64,000 nt of DNA, taken from positions 5,071 to 69,070 of the forward strand of contig CAZJAO010000002.1 of assembly GCA_964544395.1 (NCBI GenBank), given 5' to 3'. Every line of letters starts with the position of its first letter. Position 1 is the stretch's first letter. A program made the translations under genes and the position numbers. Positions 1 through 7,984 of this stretch are shown one piece after another. The notes beneath the pieces are model-generated. The model did no database searches. It was not told the DNA's origin and saw only the letters and a program-made list of their open reading frames with translations. This stretch comes from Candidatus Woesearchaeota archaeon. GTDB lineage: Archaea; Nanobdellota; Nanobdellia; Pacearchaeales; GW2011-AR1.

Positions 1-497
1 GCAGTAGAGCTAATCACGTCAAATTTAATCTTTTCTTTTGTGATATTTGCTATCACTTCTCTCCCAATAAAGAAGATGAATGTAAAAAATATGCAGATGA
101 AAAAATTGATGGGCGAATTTTAGAAACTTTTAGAAAATATGAAAATGTTGGGCAAAGACAAAAAAAGGGAATGATAAAAAAAGCTTCACAAGGGAATCTG
201 ATGTCGCGGATACCTTTTGGTTACATCTTAGAAAATAAAAAATTAACCCCTGCAAAAAATTACAAAGAGATAGAAGAACTTTTTGAGCAATTCCTAAATG
301 AAGAGATCAGTCTTGCCCAATTAGCAAAGAAACATAATCTTTCAATAAATGGGCTGAAAAAAATCTTGAGAAATTTTACCTACATTGGGAAAATTAAGTT
401 TAATAATCAAGTCTTTGAAGGAACGCACCAACCAATAATTTCATCAACATTATTCAATCATGTTCAGAATAAATTGGAAAAATTAGGGATAAAATAA
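1..497 (+). CDS. Serine recombinase (large serine recombinase 'recombinase' domain), 5'-partial. The reading frame is open from the window start through the listed 171..497 ORF.
   Basis: Translation contains SRIPFGYILENKK...LSINGLKKILRNFTYIGKIKFN...FEGTHQPIISSTLFNHVQ. This matches the PxGY / RNPxYxG / GxHEPIIxxxLFxxVQ signature of the serine-recombinase recombinase domain. There is no stop codon in the same frame between nt 3 and 170. Confidence 0.5.
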   Translation, partial: SRANHVKFNLFFCDICYHFSPNKEDECKKYADEKIDGRILETFRKYENVGQRQKKGMIKKASQGNLMSRIPFGYILENKKLTPAKNYKEIEELFEQFLNEEISLAQLAKKHNLSINGLKKILRNFTYIGKIKFNNQVFEGTHQPIISSTLFNHVQNKLEKLGIK

Positions 498-499
498 AA

Positions 500-913
500 T
501 TATCTCTTAGATGCCTGTCTCATTGCTCTTGCCCTACTATCTCCGGGCTTACGCGCTTCTTTTCTTCTTACATCTGCAACAAGAAGATTTCTATCATATG
601 CAGATAAAATTTCTGTAAGGTCTTTCGATTTTGCAAATTCAGAAATTGCTCTTGCTAATGCTAATCGTGAAGCTTCAATTTGTCCTCTTTCCCCGCCACC
701 CCTAACAGTTATAGAGACATTAAAATCCGTCTTCCCTAAAATCTCTTTAGCAATTCTTATTGGCTCTTCGATTCTTAATTTGTCAAAAAACTGCAATGTA
801 GTATAATCTCTGTTGTTTATTTTGACATCTCCCTTTCCTTCAGTAAGAGTAGCTCTTGCAACCGCAGATTTTCTTTTTCCGGAAGTAATTATCTTCTTTT
901 CTTTTTCACTCAT
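500..913 (-). CDS. rps9: 30S ribosomal protein S9 (uS9)
   Basis: SGKRKSAVARATL...GGGERGQIEASRLALARA is the classic uS9 motif. Confidence 0.9.
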   Translation of the reverse strand: MSEKEKKIITSGKRKSAVARATLTEGKGDVKINNRDYTTLQFFDKLRIEEPIRIAKEILGKTDFNVSITVRGGGERGQIEASRLALARAISEFAKSKDLTEILSAYDRNLLVADVRRKEARKPGDSRARAMRQASKR

Positions 914-1302
914 CCTATTATTTCTCCAATTTTATGTGAAACTGTTTCTTTTCTCTTCTCCATTTTTTCCATTTTTGAATTTTCAAATTCTTTAGGAATT
1001 CCAACATAGCATCTTATTCTCTTGAAAGCTAATTTTCCTCTCCCCTCTCTATGTTCTGGAAGCATACCTCTTATGGTTCTCTTTACAATTTTGTCGATAT
1101 TTCGTGAATGCTTTGGACCTTTCTGGGTACTACCAACATTTCTTCTTTTTTGTTCAAAATCTTCTTTTATCCCTTGTTTGTTCCCTGTAATCAAAATTTC
1201 TTCACAATTTAATACCCGCATTTCTTCGCCTTTCAACGCTTCCTTAGCTACATAGCTTGCAAGTCTTCCTAATGTTGCGCCTTTTCCATCTATGATTTTC
1301 AT
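910..1302 (-). CDS. rpl13: 50S ribosomal protein L13 (uL13)
   Basis: KIIDGKGATLGRLASYVAK is the uL13 N-terminal signature. There is a 4-nt overlap with rps9. Confidence 0.9.
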   Translation of the reverse strand: MKIIDGKGATLGRLASYVAKEALKGEEMRVLNCEEILITGNKQGIKEDFEQKRRNVGSTQKGPKHSRNIDKIVKRTIRGMLPEHREGRGKLAFKRIRCYVGIPKEFENSKMEKMEKRKETVSHKIGEIIG

Positions 1303-1667
1303 TCTAAGATTCTAACCTCTTTTGCATCCGGATTTTTTTTAATTTCTTCAAATATAGTTGAAACTTTTCCGCCGGATTTCAATATTTTATCTTTTGCATT
1401 TTTTGAAAAACTCAAAGCAATAATCCTGATTTTCTTGTCCAATTCTCCGACAGATAAAACTTTTCCAGGAATTACAATTGTTTCTCCATCTTTGGACTCT
1501 TTGTTAATTATATCTAAATTCTTTTGCAGTTTATTTTTTCTTGGAGAAGATAAGATTTCAGAAACTCTGTACCATCTCTTGTTTTTTCTTGCATCCATTA
1601 TAGTTTCTACTAATTCCGGATTTCCTTTCTTTCTTAATTGCTTATTTATTTTTGTCTTTGATTTCAT
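1299..1667 (-). CDS. rpl18e: 50S ribosomal protein L18e (eL18)
   Basis: Its position upstream of rpl13-rps9 fits the archaeal arrangement. NPELVETI...VIPGKVLSVGEL matches the L18e pattern. Confidence 0.75.
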   Translation of the reverse strand: MKSKTKINKQLRKKGNPELVETIMDARKNKRWYRVSEILSSPRKNKLQKNLDIINKESKDGETIVIPGKVLSVGELDKKIRIIALSFSKNAKDKILKSGGKVSTIFEEIKKNPDAKEVRILE

Positions 1668-1779
1668 TTTAAATTAGCAGAAGTATTATCAACTGCTAAC
1701 GCCGAGTTTGACTCGCAGTAAATATACCTTTAAATCAGGATATTTAAAGGTTTTTATTCTCCCTACAAATTATTAGTCC

Positions 1780-1795
1780 ATTAAATTTATAAATA
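1780..1795 (+). promoter_or_regulatory. Archaeal TATA-box-like element (tttataaata) about 25 nt upstream of the ATG at 1816, implying a leaderless transcript.
   Basis: The AT-rich octamer matches the TTTATAAA consensus. Its spacing to the start codon is typical for leaderless archaeal mRNAs. Confidence 0.35.
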
Positions 1796-1815
1796 ACAAT
1801 AGTTAATTTCTTATC

Positions 1816-2292
1816 ATGGAAAAAAAGGGATTAAAACCATTAGGTATCTCATTAATAGCTCTTCTTGCTATTTCTTTAATTATCGTCGGTATTGTATTAT
1901 TCTCTTCCCATCCTAATTCAACTGGAAATATTATTGCAGGAAGTACAAACTCCGTAGCTTCTGGACAAAATACTTCTAATACAAATCTGGTTAAATTAGC
2001 GGATACTCCTTATGCAAATTCCGCTTATTTAATCTCTTCCAATACTCTAAGCCCAGAGGCGCAACAGGCAATTTCTGGTTTTAATATAAATAAGCAAACA
2101 AATTCCGATGGAACTACAACAATAAATTTAGTTGCGATTAATCCCGAATATCAGAACCAATCTTATACTTTGCAATCGGGTCAGAGTCTTTATTTTATAG
2201 AAACATCTTGGGGAGATGACGGAAATGGTTCAGAAAATTTCTTAGGTGATGATCATGCAGTTGTAGTAGATTCTAATGGGTATATTGTTTAA
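1816..2292 (+). CDS. Secreted or membrane-anchored hypothetical protein with many N-glycosylation sequons.
   Basis: There is an N-terminal TM or signal segment (LGISLIALLAISLIIVGIVLF). The rest is Ser/Thr/Asn-rich with multiple N-x-S/T sites (NST, NTS, NQS, NGS). Confidence 0.45.
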   Translation: MEKKGLKPLGISLIALLAISLIIVGIVLFSSHPNSTGNIIAGSTNSVASGQNTSNTNLVKLADTPYANSAYLISSNTLSPEAQQAISGFNINKQTNSDGTTTINLVAINPEYQNQSYTLQSGQSLYFIETSWGDDGNGSENFLGDDHAVVVDSNGYIV

Positions 2293-2297
2293 TAATT

Positions 2298-3317
2298 TTA
2301 ATCTTTAGAAATAATCTCAACAAAACCTTTTTCTTTGATTACTTTTAGAACATCTTCAATTGCTTTTTTCATATTTGTGCTCTTTAGTATAAAGGCCGAA
2401 GCTTCTTTATGCCCTCCACCTCCAAAAGCAGTTGAATAAATAGTTGTGTCCAGGCCTTTGCTTCTAAATGAGCCTTTTATTTCACCATTGGATTCGGTAA
2501 GAGTAAAAATTAAATTAAGGCCTTTTATGTCCTGCATGCAGCCAATTCCCAACCTTATATCAGAAACATTTAATCCCAATTTTTCATATTCTTTCTTTGT
2601 TGCCCAGCTGTAAGCAACATCCTTTCCATTAATTTCTTTTTTCTCCATATTAGTCAATAAAAGCCCGTAGAGCTTTTTTAGATTCCAAGGGCTATTCATA
2701 ATAGGGTCATATAAATCTTTCTTGTAATTTAGTCCATTTCCCAAAAGAACAACAGCTTTCTTTAATGAGTCTATAGAATTACCATGGATAAAGAACGAAG
2801 TGTCTGTGCAGAGACCAATCATCAACCTTAATGATAATTCCCTGTCAAATTTGAATTTTATTTTATTAAAGAATTCAAATAGAACCGAACAACATGAAGG
2901 CAGGTCTGGATTTACATAATTTAAATTTCCATAATAGGAATTCGTGACGTGATGGTCAATGTTAATTACTTTTTTGGTTTTCAGTTTCTCTTTAAATTCT
3001 TCTGAAAACTCCAAGAAGCCATGATCTAAAAAGATAAGATGATCAAATTCACTTAAATCTAATTTCTCAATATCTACTCCAAATTCCACTTCTTTGCTAA
3101 AACTATAAGACTCCAGATTCTCGCTTAATCGGTCTTTGCTTATCAATCGAACACTAACCCCTGCCCTTTCGAGAACATATTTCATTGCGGTGCAAGAACC
3201 GAAAGAATCTCCGTCAGGACGTCCATGCAGAGTTAATAGAACTTTTTTTGATTTCCTCAATTCTTTCCAAATTTCTTTGAATTTGTTGTTTCTAACATCA
3301 TAAATCTGATTAAACAT
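2298..3317 (-). CDS. DHH-family phosphoesterase (NrnA-like nanoRNase/pAp phosphatase)
   Basis: It has the DHH motif (NIDHHVTNSYYG), an N-terminal HGRPDGDSFGS motif and a C-terminal DHHA1 GGGGH motif. Confidence 0.75.
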   Translation of the reverse strand: MFNQIYDVRNNKFKEIWKELRKSKKVLLTLHGRPDGDSFGSCTAMKYVLERAGVSVRLISKDRLSENLESYSFSKEVEFGVDIEKLDLSEFDHLIFLDHGFLEFSEEFKEKLKTKKVINIDHHVTNSYYGNLNYVNPDLPSCCSVLFEFFNKIKFKFDRELSLRLMIGLCTDTSFFIHGNSIDSLKKAVVLLGNGLNYKKDLYDPIMNSPWNLKKLYGLLLTNMEKKEINGKDVAYSWATKKEYEKLGLNVSDIRLGIGCMQDIKGLNLIFTLTESNGEIKGSFRSKGLDTTIYSTAFGGGGHKEASAFILKSTNMKKAIEDVLKVIKEKGFVEIISKD

Positions 3318-3352
3318 AATTTAGATTTCAATTTATTCTATTTAAAGATTTA

Positions 3353-3436
3353 TGCGGGAGACAGGATTCGGACCTGCGCAGGCACTAAGCCACAAGAGCC
3401 TTAATCTTGCCCGTTTGACCACTCCGGCACCCCCGC
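3353..3436 (-). tRNA. tRNA-Leu (class II, long variable arm). The anticodon loop TTAAGGC reads as AAG in the only 5-bp stem register; TAA is possible if the register is shifted.
   Basis: The reverse complement GCGGGGGTGCCGGAGTGGTCAAACGGGCAAGATTAAGGCTCTTGTGGCTTAGTGCCTGCGCAGGTCCGAATCCTGTCTCCCGCA folds as a cloverleaf. It has a 7-bp acceptor stem, a variable stem-loop and a T-arm GCAGG/TCCGAAT/CCTGT. Confidence 0.7.
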
Positions 3437-3498
3437 ATGTTTTTCTTAAAATATTGGTATATAAAAAGTTTTATAAATGTCTATGGACAGAGAATTTT

Positions 3499-3611
3499 GA
3501 AGACGGCCATAGTAAAAGGGAAATACCTGGTCTCATTCCGAACCCAGAAGTTAAGCCTTTTACGTTGATGGTGCTAGTTTCTAAAAGAAGCTAAGTCATT
3601 AAGCTGTCTTC
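3499..3611 (+). rRNA. rrf: 5S ribosomal RNA (orphan, not linked to 16S/23S in this window)
   Basis: Loop C/helix III signature: CCTGGTCTCATTCCGAACCCAGAAGTTAAGCC. A 9-bp terminal helix forms between GAAGACGGC (5') and GCTGTCTTC (3'). Confidence 0.7.
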
Positions 3612-3613
3612 TA

Positions 3614-3628
3614 TATTTTTATAAAAAG
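3614..3628 (+). promoter_or_regulatory. TATA-box-like element (tttttataaaaa) about 28 nt upstream of the ATG at 3647.
   Basis: AT-rich TATA-like motif at archaeal promoter spacing. Confidence 0.3.
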
Positions 3629-3646
3629 TACTGATCTATCTTTCTC

Positions 3647-3910
3647 ATGAAAAAAGTTTCCAAGAAAGAAGCTCAAAAACAGATTGAAGATTTTTTTCTA
3701 AATATAAAGAGTAAGATCCCTAGTGAAATAAAGAAAATTCAAAATCTTTCTAAGAATAATAATATTAAATTAGGTAATAAAAGAAAATCTTTTTGCAAGA
3801 AATGCCTGAATCCTTACAATAATTCCAAGATAAAAATCAGTAATGGAATAAAATCCGTTGAATGTAAGAACTGTGGCTATAAATCTCGATGGAAAATTAA
3901 GCTTTCTTAA
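3647..3910 (+). CDS. RNase P protein component 4 (Rpp21/Rpr2-like) candidate
   Basis: A basic helical N-terminus is followed by a zinc ribbon: FCKKCLNPY...VECKNCGY. This resembles Rpp21 (CKKCxxxLxPGxN...C.ECG). Confidence 0.5.
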   Translation: MKKVSKKEAQKQIEDFFLNIKSKIPSEIKKIQNLSKNNNIKLGNKRKSFCKKCLNPYNNSKIKISNGIKSVECKNCGYKSRWKIKLS

Positions 3911-4094
3911 ATTTTCCTACAAGTTCAATCAAGTCTGTTTGTCCTAGGAACACAGATCTGCAGCAATATCTTTCAATTCCAAGCTCATCTAGTACTTTGC
4001 CGGATTTTTCTCCGCTTGCTACTCTTCTTTTGTATTCTTCCCATAAATGTCCTACGGGTTTGCCACAAGAAAAGCATCGTACTGGAATTATCAT
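3897..4094 (-). CDS. rpoN: DNA-directed RNA polymerase subunit N (Rpb10 homolog)
   Basis: MIIPVRCFSCGKPVG...YCCRSVFL is a near-canonical RpoN sequence. Confidence 0.85.
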   Translation of the reverse strand: MIIPVRCFSCGKPVGHLWEEYKRRVASGEKSGKVLDELGIERYCCRSVFLGQTDLIELVGKFKKA

Positions 4095-4194
4095 ACAATT
4101 AGTTTTGAAATTTAGTTTTTAAACATTACTATCAAACAAATAACACAAATCTTTAAAAACTAAATTCATTTTCACAAATAATCAAGGTGAAAAA

Positions 4195-4392
4195 ATGAGG
4201 AAATGCGTCTATTGTTTGTCGGAGCTTAAAGATAATCGGTCTATGGAAATCTGTGATAGGTGTGGTGAACAAGTTTGGGGAAAGAAGATGTTTGATGCCA
4301 TAAAGAAGAATACAGATGAAGCGAGGGATAAGGGAAATCTCGAACCCATGAGGCCGGATTTATTGGACGGCACAGGGAAAAAATTCTATTAA
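4195..4392 (+). CDS. Small zinc-ribbon protein (C-x2-C-x12-C-x2-C), function unknown.
   Basis: CVYC...CDRCG. No confident family assignment. Confidence 0.3.
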   Translation: MRKCVYCLSELKDNRSMEICDRCGEQVWGKKMFDAIKKNTDEARDKGNLEPMRPDLLDGTGKKFY

Positions 4393-4448
4393 TTCTTCTG
4401 TTTTCTAGAAATAAATAGCTTTTTAAATAATATATTTGTGGGTAAATT

Positions 4449-4706
4449 ATGAGTAAAAGAAAAAGAATTCATAGTAATGGAAAACCTGGACTTAGCAAGC
4501 TCTTCAGAGAGTTCAATGATGGCGAAACCGTCGCTGTTGTAAAAGAGCCCTCTGTTAGTTCCAGATTCCCTCTTAGATTGCAGGGTTCAACAGGAATTAT
4601 CGCAGAGAAGCGAGGCAATGCGTACAAGGTTAAGATCTATACTCAGAATAAATTAAAAGAATTTTTAATTGAGCCGGTTCACTTAAAGAAAATCAAAGTA
4701 AAATGA
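4449..4706 (+). CDS. rpl21e: 50S ribosomal protein L21e (eL21)
   Basis: KRKRIHSNGKPGLSKLFREF...PLRLQGSTGII..RGNAYKV follows the L21e pattern. Confidence 0.75.
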   Translation: MSKRKRIHSNGKPGLSKLFREFNDGETVAVVKEPSVSSRFPLRLQGSTGIIAEKRGNAYKVKIYTQNKLKEFLIEPVHLKKIKVK

Positions 4707-5008
4707 TAAAAAATAGAACTTCCTTAAGCATGGTAGAAGCAGAAGAATACACAAAAGATAATGAAAATTCTGCGGAATTAAATAAATTCATAAAAAAATT
4801 CTCGAAGATAGATTTGAAGAAAGCAAAGGAATTAAGATTGAAACTTGAAGAATTGAACCTAATGAAGCTTAAATCAGACTACATTTCTAAAATCATTGAT
4901 ATTCTGCCGGAAACAAATGAAGATATAAATAAAATTTTTGCCGATATCAGTTTAGATGAAAATGAATCTCAAAAAATACTCGATACAGTTAAAGAATATA
5001 CCAAATAG
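4703..5008 (+). CDS. rpoF: DNA-directed RNA polymerase subunit F (Rpb4 homolog)
   Basis: It sits in the conserved archaeal rpl21e-rpoF-DUF655 context. KIDLKKAKELRLKLEEL and IIDILPE...KEY align with the RpoF helical domain. Confidence 0.6.
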   Translation: MIKNRTSLSMVEAEEYTKDNENSAELNKFIKKFSKIDLKKAKELRLKLEELNLMKLKSDYISKIIDILPETNEDINKIFADISLDENESQKILDTVKEYTK

Positions 5009-5013
5009 TTACA

Positions 5014-5550
5014 ATGGACAAAGAAGAATATGCAATAGTGCTGGATTATTTGCCGAACGGATATCCTCTAGAAAAGAAAATGATTCCTGTAGTGCAAGCT
5101 ATAGGTGAAAAGAACCTCACCCTTCTTGAACTAGTCCCTAGGAGAGGAGAAAATTTTGAAATTGGTGAAAGAGTTTATATTGGGGAAGGAAAAAGAGACA
5201 AAGTCTATTACATTCTAGGAAGATTATCTTCCGAGAAGGTTTCTGAATCGGCAAAGACACAATTGGAAGAATTTATAAAGAAAATTGTAAAGGAAAGAGA
5301 GAGCGAGTTCGTGACTTTTTTCAATAAATCCGATGCAATAAACAAGAGAGTCCATCAGTTGGAATTTCTGCCGGGTTTAGGAAAGAAACATATGCAGGAT
5401 ATTCTCAAGCAAAGAGAAGAAAAACCTTTTGAGTCTTTTGAAGATATCCGAAAGAGAATTCCTAATCTCCCAGATCCTCAAAAAGCAGTGGAGAGAAGAA
5501 TTTTTAAAGAACTTGTAGATAAGGAAAGATATAACCTTTTTGTGCATTAA
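5014..5550 (+). CDS. DUF655-family protein, a conserved archaeal partner of rpoF with predicted nucleic-acid binding.
   Basis: The N-terminus YAIVLDYLPNGYP is typical of DUF655. It is in the conserved location after rpoF. Confidence 0.55.
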   Translation: MDKEEYAIVLDYLPNGYPLEKKMIPVVQAIGEKNLTLLELVPRRGENFEIGERVYIGEGKRDKVYYILGRLSSEKVSESAKTQLEEFIKKIVKERESEFVTFFNKSDAINKRVHQLEFLPGLGKKHMQDILKQREEKPFESFEDIRKRIPNLPDPQKAVERRIFKELVDKERYNLFVH

Positions 5551-5551
5551 A

Positions 5552-6016
5552 ATGGAAGCAAAAATACAAAACACCGAGAGAATTGTAAGAATTTTATCGA
5601 GAGATATAGAAGGCGGTATGACCGTTTATGCGGGATTAGCTACAATCAAAGGAATATCTTGGAGCTTTTCAAATGCAATCTGCCAGACATTAGGAATTGA
5701 TAAATACAAGAAGATTGGTGCTCTTACTGAAGAGGAAATAAAAAGAATTTCTGAATTCGCCAAAAAACCAATTTTGCCCGCACATTTTATGAATAGAAGG
5801 AGAGACCGAGAAACAGGAGAGAACAGACATCTTACGGGAGTAGATTTGGACTTGGCAAAAGAATTTGATATTAAGAGATTAAAGCAAATCAAGAACTTTA
5901 GAGGAGTAAGGCATGCTCTCGGACTTCCTTTAAGAGGCCAGAGAACAAAGGGAAACTTCAGAAAGAACAGAAATAGGGGAGTTGGAATTAAAAAGAAAAC
6001 ACCAGTTAAAAAATGA
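5552..6016 (+). CDS. rps13: 30S ribosomal protein S13 (uS13)
   Basis: RIVRILSRDIEGG...ALTGIKGIS...GALTEEEI. The start is taken at the internal Met MEAK. Confidence 0.85.
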   Translation: MEAKIQNTERIVRILSRDIEGGMTVYAGLATIKGISWSFSNAICQTLGIDKYKKIGALTEEEIKRISEFAKKPILPAHFMNRRRDRETGENRHLTGVDLDLAKEFDIKRLKQIKNFRGVRHALGLPLRGQRTKGNFRKNRNRGVGIKKKTPVKK

Positions 6017-6504
6017 AAAGAAAACATAAAAGTTATTCACGACCAAAGAAACCTTATGATAAAAAAAGGTTTGAAGAGGAAGCAATAGTTACAGAAAGAT
6101 TTGGATTAAAAAATAAAAGAGAAATCTGGAAAGCTCAGGCCAGAGTTGATGTTATGAGGGAAAAGGCAAAGAATTTGATTTCTGCCCCCGAAGAAGAAAA
6201 AGAAGCTTTCTTCAAGAGAATCAGGAAGATTGGCTTGAATGTTAAGAGCATAGCAGATGTTTTATCCTTGACAAAAGAAGATTATATGCAAAGAAGATTG
6301 CAGACAATTGTCGCAGAAAAGAGACTTGTACCCACGATAAAAGCAGCAAGACAATTCATTGTCCATAAGAAAGTATTAGTTAATGGAGAAGTTGTAAACA
6401 GTCCAGCATATGTTGTTCCTGTTGAATTTGAAAATAATATTTCCTTGAAACAAGCTAATAGGAAAAAAATTGAAATAGTGGAGGAAAAAGCAAATGGAAA
6501 CTGA
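6013..6504 (+). CDS. rps4: 30S ribosomal protein S4 (uS4)
   Basis: SRPKKPYDKKRFEEE...FGLKNKREIWK, plus an S4 RNA-binding domain. Confidence 0.85.
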   Translation: MKRKHKSYSRPKKPYDKKRFEEEAIVTERFGLKNKREIWKAQARVDVMREKAKNLISAPEEEKEAFFKRIRKIGLNVKSIADVLSLTKEDYMQRRLQTIVAEKRLVPTIKAARQFIVHKKVLVNGEVVNSPAYVVPVEFENNISLKQANRKKIEIVEEKANGN

Positions 6505-6943
6505 ACTTATTCAGGAACCAGAACTCCTAGAAGAAGAATCCGAAGAAAAGAAATCTGAAAGAAGAAAAAAAGAAATTGAAGCAATAGTTCACATTTACAC
6601 CTCGTTCAATAATACTATTGTTCATGTTACAGATATGTCTGGAAGAACATTATCTAAAGTTACAGGTGGAATGGTTACAAAGCATTCAAGATTAAAAGCT
6701 AATCCTACAATCGCGATGTTCATTGCAAAAAGAGTTTCTGAAGAAATAATGCCCTTGGGAATAAAATCATTGTATGTAAGAATAAGGGCACAGACAGGAA
6801 ATACAACCCCCGGGCCTGGTGCACATGCAATTATCAAGAGCCTTTCAAGATCGGGATTTAAAATTTTAAACATACTTGATGTTACAAGAATTCCTCGAGG
6901 TGGACCAAAGAAGAAAGGAGGAAGAAGAGGAAGAAGAGTTTAA
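6494..6943 (+). CDS. rps11: 30S ribosomal protein S11 (uS11) with an acidic N-terminal extension.
   Basis: IVHIYTSFNNTIVHVTD..G...TPGPGAHAII is the core. A C-terminal RGGPKKKGGRRGRR tail is present. Confidence 0.85.
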   Translation: METELIQEPELLEEESEEKKSERRKKEIEAIVHIYTSFNNTIVHVTDMSGRTLSKVTGGMVTKHSRLKANPTIAMFIAKRVSEEIMPLGIKSLYVRIRAQTGNTTPGPGAHAIIKSLSRSGFKILNILDVTRIPRGGPKKKGGRRGRRV

Positions 6944-6967
6944 AAGCTCTTTAAATTTTTCATTAAA

Positions 6968-7681
6968 ATGGAAATCATAGAAAGGAAAGAAAATCAGATT
7001 ACATTCAGAGCAGAAATTAGTGACAGTTTAGCAAATGCTATAAGACGTTATCTAAATCAGATCCCTATTCTCGCAGTTGATGAAGTTGAAATTTACAAGA
7101 ATGATTCCCCCTTATATGATGAAACCATTGCTCATAGAATTGGTTTAATTCCTCTAAAAATGGATAAAGCCACTAATGAGAAGACAGAAATGGAATTAAA
7201 ATTAGAAGTAAAGGGAGAGGGGCTTGTTTATTCTGGAGACTTGAAGGGAGCTTTAGGCGTTGTTTATGATAAAATTCCCATAACCTCACTTGGAGAAGAT
7301 GGAGAAATGCAAATTGTTGCTTTTGCTAAAACAGGAAAAGGAAATGAACATTCAAAATTCTCACCGGGATTAATGTTTTACAGGCATGTTGTTGAAATAA
7401 AAATGGATGGAGATTTATATGAAAGAATGAAAGAGCTTCTCCCAAATAATGAAATCAAAAAAGAAGGAAAAAGTATTGTTATTCTCGATGACCAAAAGAA
7501 GGAAGTTTCTGATATCTGCGAGGAAATCTGTAGAGAAGAAGGCAAGAAATTAGAAATGATACCTAAAGATGAACTTATAATTACAATTGAGTCTTTTGGA
7601 CAAATTGAAGTCAATGAAATATTCAAAAGAGCTATATCTGCATTGGAAAAAGATTTGGAATTCGTTTCCAAAAAGATTTAA
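6968..7681 (+). CDS. rpoD: DNA-directed RNA polymerase subunit D (Rpb3 homolog)
   Basis: SLANAIRRYLNQIPILAVDEVEIYKNDSPLYDETIAHRIGLIPL is the RpoD dimerisation-domain signature. Confidence 0.8.
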   Translation: MEIIERKENQITFRAEISDSLANAIRRYLNQIPILAVDEVEIYKNDSPLYDETIAHRIGLIPLKMDKATNEKTEMELKLEVKGEGLVYSGDLKGALGVVYDKIPITSLGEDGEMQIVAFAKTGKGNEHSKFSPGLMFYRHVVEIKMDGDLYERMKELLPNNEIKKEGKSIVILDDQKKEVSDICEEICREEGKKLEMIPKDELIITIESFGQIEVNEIFKRAISALEKDLEFVSKKI

Positions 7682-7733
7682 TTCTATATATTTTTAAAAG
7701 GTTCTTAATCTTAATTATCGTAGATTTATTTGC

Positions 7734-7817
7734 GCAGGGATAGCGAAGTGGTCAAACGCGCGGGACTCAAGATCCCGTCCCTTAGTGGGTTCGGAGGTTC
7801 GAATCCTCTTCCCTGCA
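7734..7817 (+). tRNA. tRNA-Leu (anticodon CAA), class II
   Basis: Acceptor GCAGGGA/TCCCTGC. Anticodon arm CGGGA-CTCAAGA-TCCCG. Variable stem-loop present. T-loop GGAGG-TTCGAAT-CCTCT. Confidence 0.85.
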
Positions 7818-7853
7818 TCATGGCTCTTTAGAGACGTGCGATTGCATTTTTAT

Positions 7854-7928
7854 GCGTCCGTAGCTCAGCCTGGATAGAGCACCTCCGTCCTAAGGAGGGG
7901 GTCGTAGGTTCAAATCCTATCGGGCGCA
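7854..7928 (+). tRNA. tRNA-Arg (anticodon CCT)
   Basis: Acceptor GCGTCCG/CGGGCGC. Anticodon arm CCTCC-GTCCTAA-GGAGG. T-arm GTAGG-TTCAAAT-CCTAT. Confidence 0.8.
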
Positions 7929-7984
7929 TTCCTATTTGGCTGCACAGCAAATCTTTAAAACTCTATTATAATACATATTTTTAA

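Noticed and set aside
813-1677. Plus-strand ORFs of 60-80 aa (813-995, 1022-1255 and 1435-1677) antisense to rps9, rpl13 and rpl18e.
   Set aside because: They lie entirely inside well-supported minus-strand r-protein genes. Their Phe/Leu/Ser-rich composition is typical of antisense reading of AT-rich coding DNA.
3352-3594. The 80-aa ORF from the six-frame track.
   Set aside because: It spans a minus-strand tRNA-Leu and a plus-strand 5S rRNA. The 'protein' is the translation of structural RNA genes.
4195-4392. The possibility that the 65-aa zinc-ribbon ORF is Spt4 or RpoP.
   Set aside because: The CxxC...CxxC spacing fits many ribbons. The post-ribbon segment is polar rather than the hydrophobic beta-strand of Spt4, and it is too long for RpoP. 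It is left as an unassigned zinc-ribbon protein.
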